A stretch of 28,954 bases of DNA from a virus (lineage: Duplodnaviria > Caudoviricetes): positions 1 through 28,954 of the IMG/VR virus record IMGVR_UViG_3300027732_000093; one strand, written 5' to 3'. Shown here piece by piece: positions 8,742 to 18,066 of this stretch. The stretch's first letter is position 1. Every line of letters begins with the position of its first letter. Below the pieces are notes generated by a model, which was given only the letters and a program-made list of their open reading frames with translations, had not been told where the DNA came from and did not search any database. Made by a program: the position numbers and the translations under genes.

Positions 8742-8970
8742 TTTTATAAGGATTTTCTTTATGCCATTTCTTAGTAGCTGCTATACCTTGTGCAACTGTT
8801 TTAGCTTTAGCTTTTTGTGTAAGATCTATAGTATCCCATTTACCTTTATTCTTAGTGGGGTGGTTTACCATTATATGACCTTTCTTTCCTTCTCCTACAC
8901 CTGTAGCACTTTCTTTTTTGTACACTACATGTTTTTCACCACCAGCTGAAATTTTAGTTTTCTTAGCCAT
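8722..8970 (-). CDS. Small Lys-rich protein, 82 aa
   Basis: ORF track. Starts 1 nt after the carbonic anhydrase stop. Confidence 0.75.
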   Translation of the reverse strand: MAKKTKISAGGEKHVVYKKESATGVGEGKKGHIMVNHPTKNKGKWDTIDLTQKAKAKTVAQGIAATKKWHKENPYKNGKSKK

Positions 8971-8971
8971 T

Positions 8972-9940
8972 CTACTTAGGTAATCCTGCTTTAAATGTTG
9001 TTGTTAAATCAGAAAATGCACCAGTACCAACACCAGTTGTTGTCCACTTCTTAAATGTATTTACATTTATATAAGCTTCATATCTATCATCTACATTTAT
9101 AAATGTACCACTACAGAAAAATACGTCTTTATTAAGCCCAGCTATATTTTGTATACCTGTAGCACCAATTAAAAATGTTTCACCAGCAACTCTTAATATT
9201 TCTGTAGCCACTACCATTTTAGCAGGGGTACCTGTAGCTGCAGTAAGCAATGCTCTATTAGTTACTGATGCTAATATATTAGTTATATAAAACTGTTGAT
9301 AATCATTATCTGGAAAAGCTACAGATGGAAAAGTTGGTAATCCAGCATTAGCAGCCACCCAAGTGATAGCTGCAAGTACAGCACCACATGAAGTATTTAA
9401 AGTTGTTTGTCCTCTACGTAAACTTTGCCCTACCACTCCACTTTGTGATATACCTATGTGAGGCATATTAATTACAAACAAAGCTCCTGTATCAGTAACA
9501 TGACTAGCAAAAGCTCCTAATCCTGTAATACCTGTATGAGGGTAACCAGCTAAACCACCAGAATAAAAAGGTCCAAGAAACTCATTCATTGAAATTGGTC
9601 CTTGACCTATATTATCTACATCTACAAAACTTGGTCCATTTAAATCATCAGCACAAGCTGAGATTGAAGTAACCATATTATTTGCAGCATATCCTAAATT
9701 CTTTAAAAATAATTTAGTGTAGTCTACAAATGATTGAGCTGATACAGCATCAGAATATGTAATTCTAACTGTATTAGTATATGAAGATGGATTTCTAAAA
9801 TCTGTATTTTCATTAATCACTTCAATCCACTCTCCTGGTTTAGGATTCTTATATGCAAAAGTTAATGTACCAGCTGCAATATCTCCAGCTGGTTTACGAA
9901 GTACATAAGGCTTTTTAGGCTTGGTATTATAACTTCTCAT
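8972..9940 (-). CDS. LCIB-like (theta-class) carbonic anhydrase with N-terminal extension, 322 aa
   Basis: Motifs SACADDLN, GPFYSGGLAGYPHTGITGLGAFASHV, PHIGISxxGxVG, RRGQ and SCGAV match the LCIB/C fold. The Cys-His-Cys zinc ligands are present. Confidence 0.85.
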   Translation of the reverse strand: MRSYNTKPKKPYVLRKPAGDIAAGTLTFAYKNPKPGEWIEVINENTDFRNPSSYTNTVRITYSDAVSAQSFVDYTKLFLKNLGYAANNMVTSISACADDLNGPSFVDVDNIGQGPISMNEFLGPFYSGGLAGYPHTGITGLGAFASHVTDTGALFVINMPHIGISQSGVVGQSLRRGQTTLNTSCGAVLAAITWVAANAGLPTFPSVAFPDNDYQQFYITNILASVTNRALLTAATGTPAKMVVATEILRVAGETFLIGATGIQNIAGLNKDVFFCSGTFINVDDRYEAYINVNTFKKWTTTGVGTGAFSDLTTTFKAGLPK

Positions 9941-9948
9941 TTTTTAAA

Positions 9949-10092
9949 TTATTTTTTATTTTTAGCCATTTTTTTAAATGTCATAGCAAGAGCTTTCCTT
10001 TTAGGAGTACAAGTAGATTTAGTCATTGGTGTACAAAAACCCTTATGAGCAGGATTAACAGCTTTTTGAATCCAGTTTTTGTCCTTTGCCAT
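9949..10092 (-). CDS. Small basic protein, 47 aa
   Basis: Translated by hand: MAKDKNWIQKAVNPAHKGFCTPMTKSTCTPKRKALAMTFKKMAKNKK. Fills the gap exactly. Confidence 0.8.
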   Translation of the reverse strand: MAKDKNWIQKAVNPAHKGFCTPMTKSTCTPKRKALAMTFKKMAKNKK

Positions 10093-10095
10093 ATC

Positions 10096-11112
10096 TTATT
10101 GATTCCAATGTTTTTCAATCTTTTTAGTAAGATCTACAAGAATTTCTTCATTCAATGGATTTTTTAAATACTCCACTACATCTGTTAGGTTACGGCCCAT
10201 CAAAGTAGTGGTAGCCATATGATAGATAAATCCATCTGCTTTTGTAGAAATATATTTATAATAATGGCTTTCTTTTACCAAAGCTTTAATCTTTAATGAT
10301 TCCATATCAAGATTAACTGCTTCTATAAATCTTTCAGCTGTTTTCTTTTTATTCTTTTCTACGGCTTCACCGTTGATATACTTATCCATATTATCATAGA
10401 TGATATCATTTGGAGTAGACTTCTTGTACTGAGCACCATTTACGTCTAGTGTCTTAGCAACATAGAATAACTTATTCTGATTTTTATCAAATAACTTTTG
10501 AAGTTCTGAAAGAGCTTTGTTTCTAAGTTTTTTAATTTCTGTATTAATAGATGCACTTTCTTCTAATCTATCTAAATAAAATTTAGGAGGTGTTGGCATT
10601 TTACGTGCTTCATCCAAAGACTTAGCTACTATTGAAAAACCACCAGCTTCAATTGCATATAATCTAATAAGATCATAAGGATCTGTAGCAGGTTCTAAAT
10701 GCACTGGTTCATTACCACATCTAATTTTTATCTTATCCCAAAAATCACTATTGTTTTGTTTAAGTAAAACAATCTTATTCCAAAAATCTTTATCTTCAGG
10801 ATCCACCATATTGGCTGCAAGTTCTTTTTCTAACTGAGCAACTACAATACGAATTTGTTTAATTTTAGCTTCTTGTTCATCCAATGGAAGAGCTTTAACA
10901 TCCGGAGCATATTCATTTAAACCAGTAAGGTATCTTTTAATACCATTGATTTCTAAACAAGCTATACTCTCTTCATGAAAAGCACCATCAAAAAGACTTA
11001 ATCCGTATTTTTGAAGTCCCATATTATCTACTTGAGAATCAAAATAAGGACGGATTGCAATACTAGATTTTTTGTTTTGTGGATACTTTTCCACGATAGT
11101 TACACTACTCAT
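10096..11112 (-). CDS. Conserved crAss-like capsid-module protein downstream of MCP, 338 aa
   Basis: ORF track. Size and position match the conserved gene that follows MCP in crAss-like phages. C-terminal MGRNLTDVVEYLKNPLN motif. Confidence 0.65.
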   Translation of the reverse strand: MSSVTIVEKYPQNKKSSIAIRPYFDSQVDNMGLQKYGLSLFDGAFHEESIACLEINGIKRYLTGLNEYAPDVKALPLDEQEAKIKQIRIVVAQLEKELAANMVDPEDKDFWNKIVLLKQNNSDFWDKIKIRCGNEPVHLEPATDPYDLIRLYAIEAGGFSIVAKSLDEARKMPTPPKFYLDRLEESASINTEIKKLRNKALSELQKLFDKNQNKLFYVAKTLDVNGAQYKKSTPNDIIYDNMDKYINGEAVEKNKKKTAERFIEAVNLDMESLKIKALVKESHYYKYISTKADGFIYHMATTTLMGRNLTDVVEYLKNPLNEEILVDLTKKIEKHWNQ

Positions 11113-11149
11113 TGGTTTTTTGGTTTTTTATATGTAAAATTATAAGCAA

Positions 11150-11172
11150 TATACCGGAAATATTCCGATATA
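11150..11172. repeat. 10-bp inverted repeat (operator or hairpin)
   Basis: TATACCGGAA-ATA-TTCCGATATA, with one G.U pair on the minus strand. Intergenic. Confidence 0.6.
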
Positions 11173-11178
11173 ATATAA

Positions 11179-11409
11179 TTAATCTAACAATTTTGAAATC
11201 AAACTTCTTTCAGTAAGATCTTCTGCATTTTTTTGTGCTCTTTCCTCAGCTCTTGTTATTTCTCTATCTGTAAATAATATACAACGTTTGTTAGCTCCAT
11301 CCCAGTCAGATACCCATATAGCAATATAAGTATCATTTTCATGAGTGAATGATTTAGTCTTAGTATTTTTAACTCTAAGAAGTCTTCCTAAACGTGTAAG
11401 TATTTCCAT
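11179..11409 (-). CDS. Hypothetical protein, 76 aa
   Basis: ORF track. TAATG coupling to the upstream gene. Confidence 0.75.
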   Translation of the reverse strand: MEILTRLGRLLRVKNTKTKSFTHENDTYIAIWVSDWDGANKRCILFTDREITRAEERAQKNAEDLTERSLISKLLD

Positions 11410-11864
11410 TAATCTCCTATTTTAACTATTTCATAATTAAGATATACAGTGGTCCAAGCTGTTGTTCCACTAAGCTGAGCAATTCTAACAGCAATACTAC
11501 CATTTGCAGTAATTGGTGCAATAGTAGCTATAGAGTTAATACTTGCATGAGCTACACTAACTTGTACAAAATATTTATCTACATCAGCTAAAAGTAACTC
11601 AGAGTCACTAAGAGTGATTGTTAATGTACCTGTATTAGAAGTGGTAATTTTAACTACACCTTTTTTAGTAGTGATAGCTTGTGTTCCTGTAGCTGCTGCT
11701 GTTAAAGCAAGAGTGTATAAAATTTGATCATTAAGATCTCTAGATAAAGCATTTGTATCTGAAAGTCTAGCAAATGTAGATTGTTTATATCTAGCTGCTC
11801 CTGCAGCTTTAATATTTTTATCAGGAGAACTAGGATTTTGTATTAATCTTTTAAGAGCAGCCAT
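11409..11864 (-). CDS. Putative capsid decoration/head-fibre protein, 151 aa
   Basis: A helical N-terminus is followed by a T/A/I-rich beta domain. Lies just downstream of MCP. Function is inferred. Confidence 0.55.
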   Translation of the reverse strand: MAALKRLIQNPSSPDKNIKAAGAARYKQSTFARLSDTNALSRDLNDQILYTLALTAAATGTQAITTKKGVVKITTSNTGTLTITLSDSELLLADVDKYFVQVSVAHASINSIATIAPITANGSIAVRIAQLSGTTAWTTVYLNYEIVKIGD

Positions 11865-11897
11865 GGATTATATATTTTAAAATGTTTAAGTAATTGA

Positions 11898-11976
11898 ACC
11901 TAATAAGGACTGCAAATCCTTCATCCGATCAAGATGGTGTGCATACTATAGGTGGTCTAAGGATACTATCCTTAGA
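11898..11976 (-). ncRNA. Candidate structured cis-regulatory RNA (hairpin plus 3-way junction/pseudoknot)
   Basis: A 9-bp perfect hairpin at 11956-11976. Stems ACCUA/UAGGU, CAUCU/GGAUG and AAGGAU/GUCCUU, with G.U pairs that form only on the minus strand. Confidence 0.45.
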
Positions 11977-11983
11977 TTGGGTA

Positions 11984-12211
11984 TTATTTCTTTCCTTTTG
12001 AGCTGCCACCAATATTCATCTTAGTCATTGCTGACTTAGGAGCAGAAGATTGGACAACACCTTTACCTGCATTTAAACCAACAAATACACCTTTAGAGCC
12101 AGGAGTTGTTTGAACAGAAACTTTTGCATTTCCACCACCAGTACGTCCTGTAGCTTTATCTTGTGCAGATTTAATAGCAACAGATTTTGGAGTGTTAGGA
12201 TTACCAGCCAT
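11984..12211 (-). CDS. Small basic Gly/Lys-rich protein, 75 aa
   Basis: ORF track. Ends in MNIGGSSKGKK. Confidence 0.7.
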   Translation of the reverse strand: MAGNPNTPKSVAIKSAQDKATGRTGGGNAKVSVQTTPGSKGVFVGLNAGKGVVQSSAPKSAMTKMNIGGSSKGKK

Positions 12212-12242
12212 GTTGTATATATTTAAATATTAAAAATAATAT

Positions 12243-12282
12243 AAAAAGACTCAGGTGCTGATCTTACGGTAAGCACCTGAGT
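12243..12282 (-). terminator. Terminator/stabilising hairpin after MCP
   Basis: An 11-bp stem ACTCAGGTGCT/AGCACCTGAGT followed by CUUUUU on the minus strand. Confidence 0.75.
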
Positions 12283-12292
12283 ACTATTATAA

Positions 12293-13912
12293 TTAGAATG
12301 ATCCACCAGTTACTGGGTTTCTCATAACGATCTTCAACACTTTAGTTGGATCCTTAACCCAGATAGCAGGCATTGTTTGTGTCATAAATACTCTGTAACC
12401 ATTGAAGTTGCCACTAGACTGGAAGCCTTGTGTACGACCCATATAGTCCATTGTACCATTTTGATAGAACCATTTCAATTGATTATCCCAGCTTAATTTC
12501 AACAAGAAGATGTTGTCATTAGTATTATCTGTGATATCAAAAATAATGAAATTGTATGAACTTAATGGGAAACCATCAATAATTGGATTCTCAATATCAT
12601 TTGTATGTACATTATCAAAAGCTGGATTCAATACAAACTTAACGTTAGCTAAGAATGGTATGATGTAGCTAGTGTAAGCAAATCCAAAGTTTAAGTCCAT
12701 TCCAGTACCAGTTACAGCACCAAGCTCATGAGCATTAAGAACAAGACCAGAGTTAACTGCTTCTTTCTTAATTGCTTCATTAACAAGCTTCATACCACCC
12801 ATACCAGTTTGTACAATCAAAGCACGTTGAGGATCTGGTCCTTTGAATTCAACTTTACCATTAAAGAAGTTGAAAATTTCAGATTTGAAAAGATCCAAAT
12901 TAAAAGATGCTTTGTTATATATACGTTTGTAAGAGTTATCTAATTGCTTCCAAAGACCAACTGATAAACGAATATCATCTGGACCATCTTGTCTAACTTT
13001 ACCACCTTGTCCCCACATTAAGTAAGTTTCGATGTCATTAGCAATTTTAGTCAAATGAGCTGCTTCTAAAGTAGTCAAGAAAGAACGTGTAAGCTGACCA
13101 TTTGCATAAGCCTTCTTAACGTAATCTTTACCCATTTTATCAGCCATTGTTTCCAAGTTAGTGATAGATGGATCTACATTCTTATCGAAGTTTCTCCACA
13201 TTTCAATTACTGGAACTGTACCATCAGCTTTCATACCACCTTTCATCATCAAGTCAGCACGACTAGAAATAGAATAGTGAACGTGAGCTTCTGCTCCTCC
13301 TACATAGTTGTAGAATTCACGGAAACCAGCAGATACATTACCAATGTCAGAAAATCTTTCTCCGTATTCTCCACGAGCAGAACCTTTACGGAAAACCTTA
13401 GTACCAATTTTAAGATATTTGTTATCCAAATACTTAGTGTTGTCGTTGTTTACCAACTGTACTGTGTAAATGAAACCGTCACCAGCTGGGATAATATCAT
13501 CCACTGTGATGTACATTTCCACACCATTGTACTTGTCATAAGTGATGATGTCACCATGACCAAATGAACGCTTGTTTAATTTAATCTTGAAGGTTTGTCC
13601 ATCAACACCTTTTGTAGCATTAGATGATTCAATATCTTCAACGATGTAAGGAAGATCCTGAGCAACAGGAATCTGCCATTTGTACTCACCACGGTTATTA
13701 TCTACTGAAATAACGTTCTTACCACCAAAAGATGACATTTGATACAAAGGCATTTCTACTTTTTGTGCCATTGCCCAAAGATCTACTGGACCTAAATCTG
13801 TAGGTTCAGCTGACTTAAGGAGGTTAGAAAGGTGGTACGAATCTACGTGTGAACTTGTGTTATACACATTGTCACGTAGGAAAATACCATTGTTTAAAAC
13901 TGGGGTTGCCAT
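12293..13912 (-). CDS. Major capsid protein (crAss-like), 539 aa
   Basis: Size, position after the portal and acidic scaffold-like gene, codon usage typical of a highly expressed gene, and a downstream terminator. Segments YLMWG, GLWKQL and VKFVLNPAFD are similar to crAss-like MCPs. Confidence 0.85.
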   Translation of the reverse strand: MATPVLNNGIFLRDNVYNTSSHVDSYHLSNLLKSAEPTDLGPVDLWAMAQKVEMPLYQMSSFGGKNVISVDNNRGEYKWQIPVAQDLPYIVEDIESSNATKGVDGQTFKIKLNKRSFGHGDIITYDKYNGVEMYITVDDIIPAGDGFIYTVQLVNNDNTKYLDNKYLKIGTKVFRKGSARGEYGERFSDIGNVSAGFREFYNYVGGAEAHVHYSISSRADLMMKGGMKADGTVPVIEMWRNFDKNVDPSITNLETMADKMGKDYVKKAYANGQLTRSFLTTLEAAHLTKIANDIETYLMWGQGGKVRQDGPDDIRLSVGLWKQLDNSYKRIYNKASFNLDLFKSEIFNFFNGKVEFKGPDPQRALIVQTGMGGMKLVNEAIKKEAVNSGLVLNAHELGAVTGTGMDLNFGFAYTSYIIPFLANVKFVLNPAFDNVHTNDIENPIIDGFPLSSYNFIIFDITDNTNDNIFLLKLSWDNQLKWFYQNGTMDYMGRTQGFQSSGNFNGYRVFMTQTMPAIWVKDPTKVLKIVMRNPVTGGSF

Positions 13913-13942
13913 AGGGCTTAAAATTTAAGGGTTAATAATTAA

Positions 13943-15208
13943 TTATCTTTTAAAAATATTTTGAGGTTTAGCTATTTTTTTTGATTTTTGATTGTCATCT
14001 TCTTCTTGATAAGTAGAAACATTTTTACGAGATTGTTCTGTTTTAAGTTGTCTCACTGTTTGTTCTACTGCTTGGTTCTTTCCTTGTTTCATTAAATTAC
14101 CACGGTATTCATCAGGATTAGAAAGTAACCAAAGAGCTTCAGCAATTAAAGGATAGTCAGGTTCTACAAACTGATACTTCTCTAAAAGGTGTCCTAATAA
14201 ATTAGTAGGTTTACCTGATATAGAAGGATATTGTGGTTGAACAAGTCCGCTATATAATTGAGCTTGAACTTTTTTATCTAACTTAAGACCATTAATTTCT
14301 GCTGGTCTTAAAGCTTCAAATACATTTCTTTGATATGTATCTGCTGCTACTTGTTGTTGTTGTTTTCTATATTCTTGTTCTTGCAATTGAGCAATAACAA
14401 TTTTTTCTTGCATTTGATCCAACTTTGGTTTGAATTGTTTAGCTTTCTTTTCTAAAACTCCAATATCTTTCCAAGTTGTAAGTTCTTCATCAATCTCATC
14501 AGTTGTACCAAAGTTACTTGCTTGTAAATATGAACGAACAATTTGTTCTTGATCATACTCATCTGAAGGATCTAATTCTCTAACTTGTTCTGTAGCAGCT
14601 AAAGCTTGAAATAAACCTTTAAGATCTTGTCCTCCATCTGCTACATATTTAGCAGCATATTGAAGTTCTTCTGGAAGACTTTGAAAAAACTCAGCAGGAG
14701 TTGATGCAGCCACTTCATTTTTAATATTGCTAACATTAGCTTGCCAAAGTTCTTCAACATCTTTTTCAGCAAGTCCACTTAAATAATCATCAAGTGATTG
14801 TTTGTTTTCATCATAGTCATCAAATGCAAACATTTCATTTGACTCTATTCTTTTCTTTAAAAATTCTACTAGTCCAGACTTTTCTGTCCTTGGTCTTCCT
14901 TTTTTAGGTTCATCATCAAACTCAGGTACTACACCTTCATCTAAGATTTCATTTAATGCTTCTTTTAATTCAGGTTTACTATCTACATTATTTGTAGTTG
15001 AATTAAAAGTACTAACATTATCAACTTTAGGATCATTATCTAAAAAATCTAAGTTAGTTTGTTTTTTACTAAAGATATTAGCTTTAATTTCTGTAGGAGC
15101 ATCTGTTGGAGTAACTATGTTACTTGCTGCAGGAGCTCCGTCAAATAAACTATCAATATCTAAATCTACTTGTTGTACAGATGTTTGTACATTTTGATTA
15201 TCAGCCAT
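13943..15208 (-). CDS. Acidic coiled-coil protein upstream of MCP (putative scaffold), about 421 aa
   Basis: ORF track 13943..15253. The start was moved to the ATG at 15208 (MADNQN). D/E/Q-rich. Sits between portal and MCP. Confidence 0.7.
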   Translation of the reverse strand: MADNQNVQTSVQQVDLDIDSLFDGAPAASNIVTPTDAPTEIKANIFSKKQTNLDFLDNDPKVDNVSTFNSTTNNVDSKPELKEALNEILDEGVVPEFDDEPKKGRPRTEKSGLVEFLKKRIESNEMFAFDDYDENKQSLDDYLSGLAEKDVEELWQANVSNIKNEVAASTPAEFFQSLPEELQYAAKYVADGGQDLKGLFQALAATEQVRELDPSDEYDQEQIVRSYLQASNFGTTDEIDEELTTWKDIGVLEKKAKQFKPKLDQMQEKIVIAQLQEQEYRKQQQQVAADTYQRNVFEALRPAEINGLKLDKKVQAQLYSGLVQPQYPSISGKPTNLLGHLLEKYQFVEPDYPLIAEALWLLSNPDEYRGNLMKQGKNQAVEQTVRQLKTEQSRKNVSTYQEEDDNQKSKKIAKPQNIFKR

Positions 15209-15243
15209 ATTTGTTTGGTTTTTTATGTGTATCTCTACATTAT

Positions 15244-15251
15244 TAATATAC
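15244..15251 (-). promoter_or_regulatory. Putative late promoter motif GTATATTA
   Basis: TTGTATATTAAT, 36 nt upstream of the scaffold ATG. The same 12-mer occurs upstream of 3812. Confidence 0.55.
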
Positions 15252-15310
15252 AACTTAAACTCTAAAAATTTATAAGTTAATATCTAAGGTGTGGACTATA
15301 TAGCTATAAC

Positions 15311-18061
15311 TTATTTTTTCTTTTCTTTAGGTTTTGGTGCATCATATTTATTCTTATTTTCTACAGCTATTTGAAGTTGTTTGTCTGCTATAGTTTGTTG
15401 AGCTTGTAACTTTTCTCTTTCTATATTATGTTTGTCTGTAGTTTGAGCAGTTCTATTTATTTCTTGCTCTCTTTTAAAATTCATAGTTTGTTGATATTCA
15501 TCCTGCTTTCTAATATTATTCATAGCATCTTGATAATCAGATTGTTGATTTTGGTTAATATCAACCTGAGCACCATATCCAGCAGCTCTAATTTCAGCTT
15601 CAGTGATTTTAGTTTGTCTATCTTTAGCAGACTCTTCAGCTTTAAATTGATTAGCAGCTTGTAATTGTTGTTGAGCAGCTTGAATTTGTTCTTGTTGCAT
15701 TTGTTGCTGATGCTGTTGTTCTTCTTGTCTTTGAGCATTAACTTTTTCTTCAGAAGCTTTAAGAACACCAGTAAGTTCAGCAATTGATTCTGATTTAATT
15801 ATATTACCAAGATCATATATAGAAGCACCAGTGGCATTATTATTAAGTGCCAACTGTTTAAGTTGCTCCATCATTGCACGAGAATTTGTTTTAGTTGTAC
15901 AGAATATATTCATATCTCTAAGAAGAAGATCAGTTCCATTCATTTGAAAATTAATTTTTTCATCAGCTCCTGTAATATACTGAAGACGAAGACTAGGTTT
16001 TTTAGAATGATAATACTGAGCAAGATCAGTTCTCATTTGATGTACTCTAGGCATTAAATTATCACTATGCTGTATAAAGTATTGTTCTGTCTGTGCATAA
16101 GAAGCATTAGCAGCTTGTTCTACACCGGTAGCAGTTTGCTGTTGAGATATCTGCATACCCATACGTTGTTGATTAAGTCCTATTACTTCAAAAGCTTGAG
16201 TTTTAAAATACGTACCTAATTGTATTCTAGAAAGCAAACGTTGTGTTTGTTCTAGATTTAACACTTGATAGTGTTGAAAATTAAGAGCATTCTCAGTGTT
16301 AGTTATAGAAGTATCTAACGGTAACATTTGAAAATTCTTCATAGCAACATAGGCTTTAGCCAGATTATTTTTACCCCAGTCTTCTCCCAATGAGTGACGT
16401 GGTAAAGCATTCTGGTCTAACATGATAACCGTGCCTAGCTCATCTACGAGAATATCTGCAATTTGGTTATTCACTATATTATAGCCTATTTGATATGGTT
16501 TCATTAGATCTACTAATGAAACAGAACGTGTATTTCTATCTCCAAACACTGATCCTTCTACAGGAAGTTTACATCCATAAATAGTAGCATCTCCTTTAAA
16601 TTGAAATGGAACTCTACCTGGACGACCACCATTTAGTCCTAAATAAATAGGATTGATACCTCCTGGGTTATTCATACCCCAGAAAGCTGGACGGTTAGGT
16701 CCTATTTTAACTCCACCCCATACCTCATTAATCCAAATCCAATCTATATGTTCACCAAAAGCTAAATTATCTTTTGTTTTTTCTTTCCAAATAGATGTAT
16801 CATATTCTGGTTTATCAGTTATTTTATATTCTTCTGATATTATATCTTGAATAATATCTCCATTTTGAGTTATTTTTGTAAGATGTCCAACTTTTCTTTG
16901 ACTTTTCCAATAGATTGTTGAAACCCTGAGCATGTAACTTTTACCAAAGTCTTGCAAGTCTTCTGAGTCAGATAGTATCCATTGTACAATATCTCCAAAT
17001 TGACTTCCGGCATCATACAAAGAAGTAAATTGTCTATAAGCCAAAGAAGGCATTTGAGTGTTCCATTCATGAGATCTAGTAGGGTCATAGTATGTTCCGT
17101 CATTTTGATATCCTTGTATTGCATATCCAGCAGAACGTGCCGGATATATTGCTTCTAAAGCTTCTAATTGTTCTTCAGTCATCATCCATCCAAACTTATC
17201 TACAACATCTGATATAGACATCATATCAAGTTTACCCACCCAATTACCCTGAGATATATAACGTACATCTGGACTCTTATGATAGAATGTAAGTAGGGGA
17301 TTCCATAGTTCAACATCATAGTCATCTTCCATCATACTAAAATGCCAAAACTCTCTATCAGTAATTAACATATCACGAAAAGCTCTTTCTTCTAGCTCTT
17401 GCATTTTAAATCTTTCCTCATCTACAGACATTTGATGGGTGGCCCATTCTTCAACCATAGATCTATAATCTTTTTTAAAGAAAGCTTCTATTTCAGGAAG
17501 AGTTTTAAGTGCTTCAGGAGACATTTGTTTTTTGGCATCTTCACTATTAGGATCAAGTCCCATTTCAGCCATAATAGCCATTTGTTTTTGTTCAGCTTGT
17601 TGCATCAATGTTTTTTCAATCATTGATCTTTTTTCTTCTAACATTTCATTATATGACATGTCATCTACAGCTCTAAACATCACTCTAGATGATCTCTTAG
17701 AAAATTCATTAGTAAGAACATTAATTACATTAGGAATAATAGGATAGAACTTAAGCTCAAATGCAGATACATCTTCTTTAGTGAGTGTATCTATTAAATC
17801 ACCCATCTCATTATCTTCCTCCACTATATAATCTTGCTTATCTATAATACCCTTAGCTAGTTTATAGTTTTTCATTAGACGTCTAGCATTACGTCTAAGT
17901 TGTTTCATGCCTTGAAACTCTAACCAGTCAAGGTTCCATGCCCTCCACTGATCATCTTTTTCTTTTTCAGAAACAAACTGAAACGGTTGTATAAGAGTAC
18001 CCATCTTGTTGTACTCTACTTTAGCTCCAGCTTTTAATTGTAAGGCATTATATATTTGCAT
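15311..18061 (-). CDS. Portal protein (crAss-like), 916 aa
   Basis: Large protein downstream of TerL with YPIIPNVINVLTNE, WIWINEVWGG and SLVDLMKPYQIGYNIVNNQI motifs, and a Q-rich coiled-coil C-terminus. Confidence 0.85.
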   Translation of the reverse strand: MQIYNALQLKAGAKVEYNKMGTLIQPFQFVSEKEKDDQWRAWNLDWLEFQGMKQLRRNARRLMKNYKLAKGIIDKQDYIVEEDNEMGDLIDTLTKEDVSAFELKFYPIIPNVINVLTNEFSKRSSRVMFRAVDDMSYNEMLEEKRSMIEKTLMQQAEQKQMAIMAEMGLDPNSEDAKKQMSPEALKTLPEIEAFFKKDYRSMVEEWATHQMSVDEERFKMQELEERAFRDMLITDREFWHFSMMEDDYDVELWNPLLTFYHKSPDVRYISQGNWVGKLDMMSISDVVDKFGWMMTEEQLEALEAIYPARSAGYAIQGYQNDGTYYDPTRSHEWNTQMPSLAYRQFTSLYDAGSQFGDIVQWILSDSEDLQDFGKSYMLRVSTIYWKSQRKVGHLTKITQNGDIIQDIISEEYKITDKPEYDTSIWKEKTKDNLAFGEHIDWIWINEVWGGVKIGPNRPAFWGMNNPGGINPIYLGLNGGRPGRVPFQFKGDATIYGCKLPVEGSVFGDRNTRSVSLVDLMKPYQIGYNIVNNQIADILVDELGTVIMLDQNALPRHSLGEDWGKNNLAKAYVAMKNFQMLPLDTSITNTENALNFQHYQVLNLEQTQRLLSRIQLGTYFKTQAFEVIGLNQQRMGMQISQQQTATGVEQAANASYAQTEQYFIQHSDNLMPRVHQMRTDLAQYYHSKKPSLRLQYITGADEKINFQMNGTDLLLRDMNIFCTTKTNSRAMMEQLKQLALNNNATGASIYDLGNIIKSESIAELTGVLKASEEKVNAQRQEEQQHQQQMQQEQIQAAQQQLQAANQFKAEESAKDRQTKITEAEIRAAGYGAQVDINQNQQSDYQDAMNNIRKQDEYQQTMNFKREQEINRTAQTTDKHNIEREKLQAQQTIADKQLQIAVENKNKYDAPKPKEKKK

Positions 18062-18066
18062 GATAA

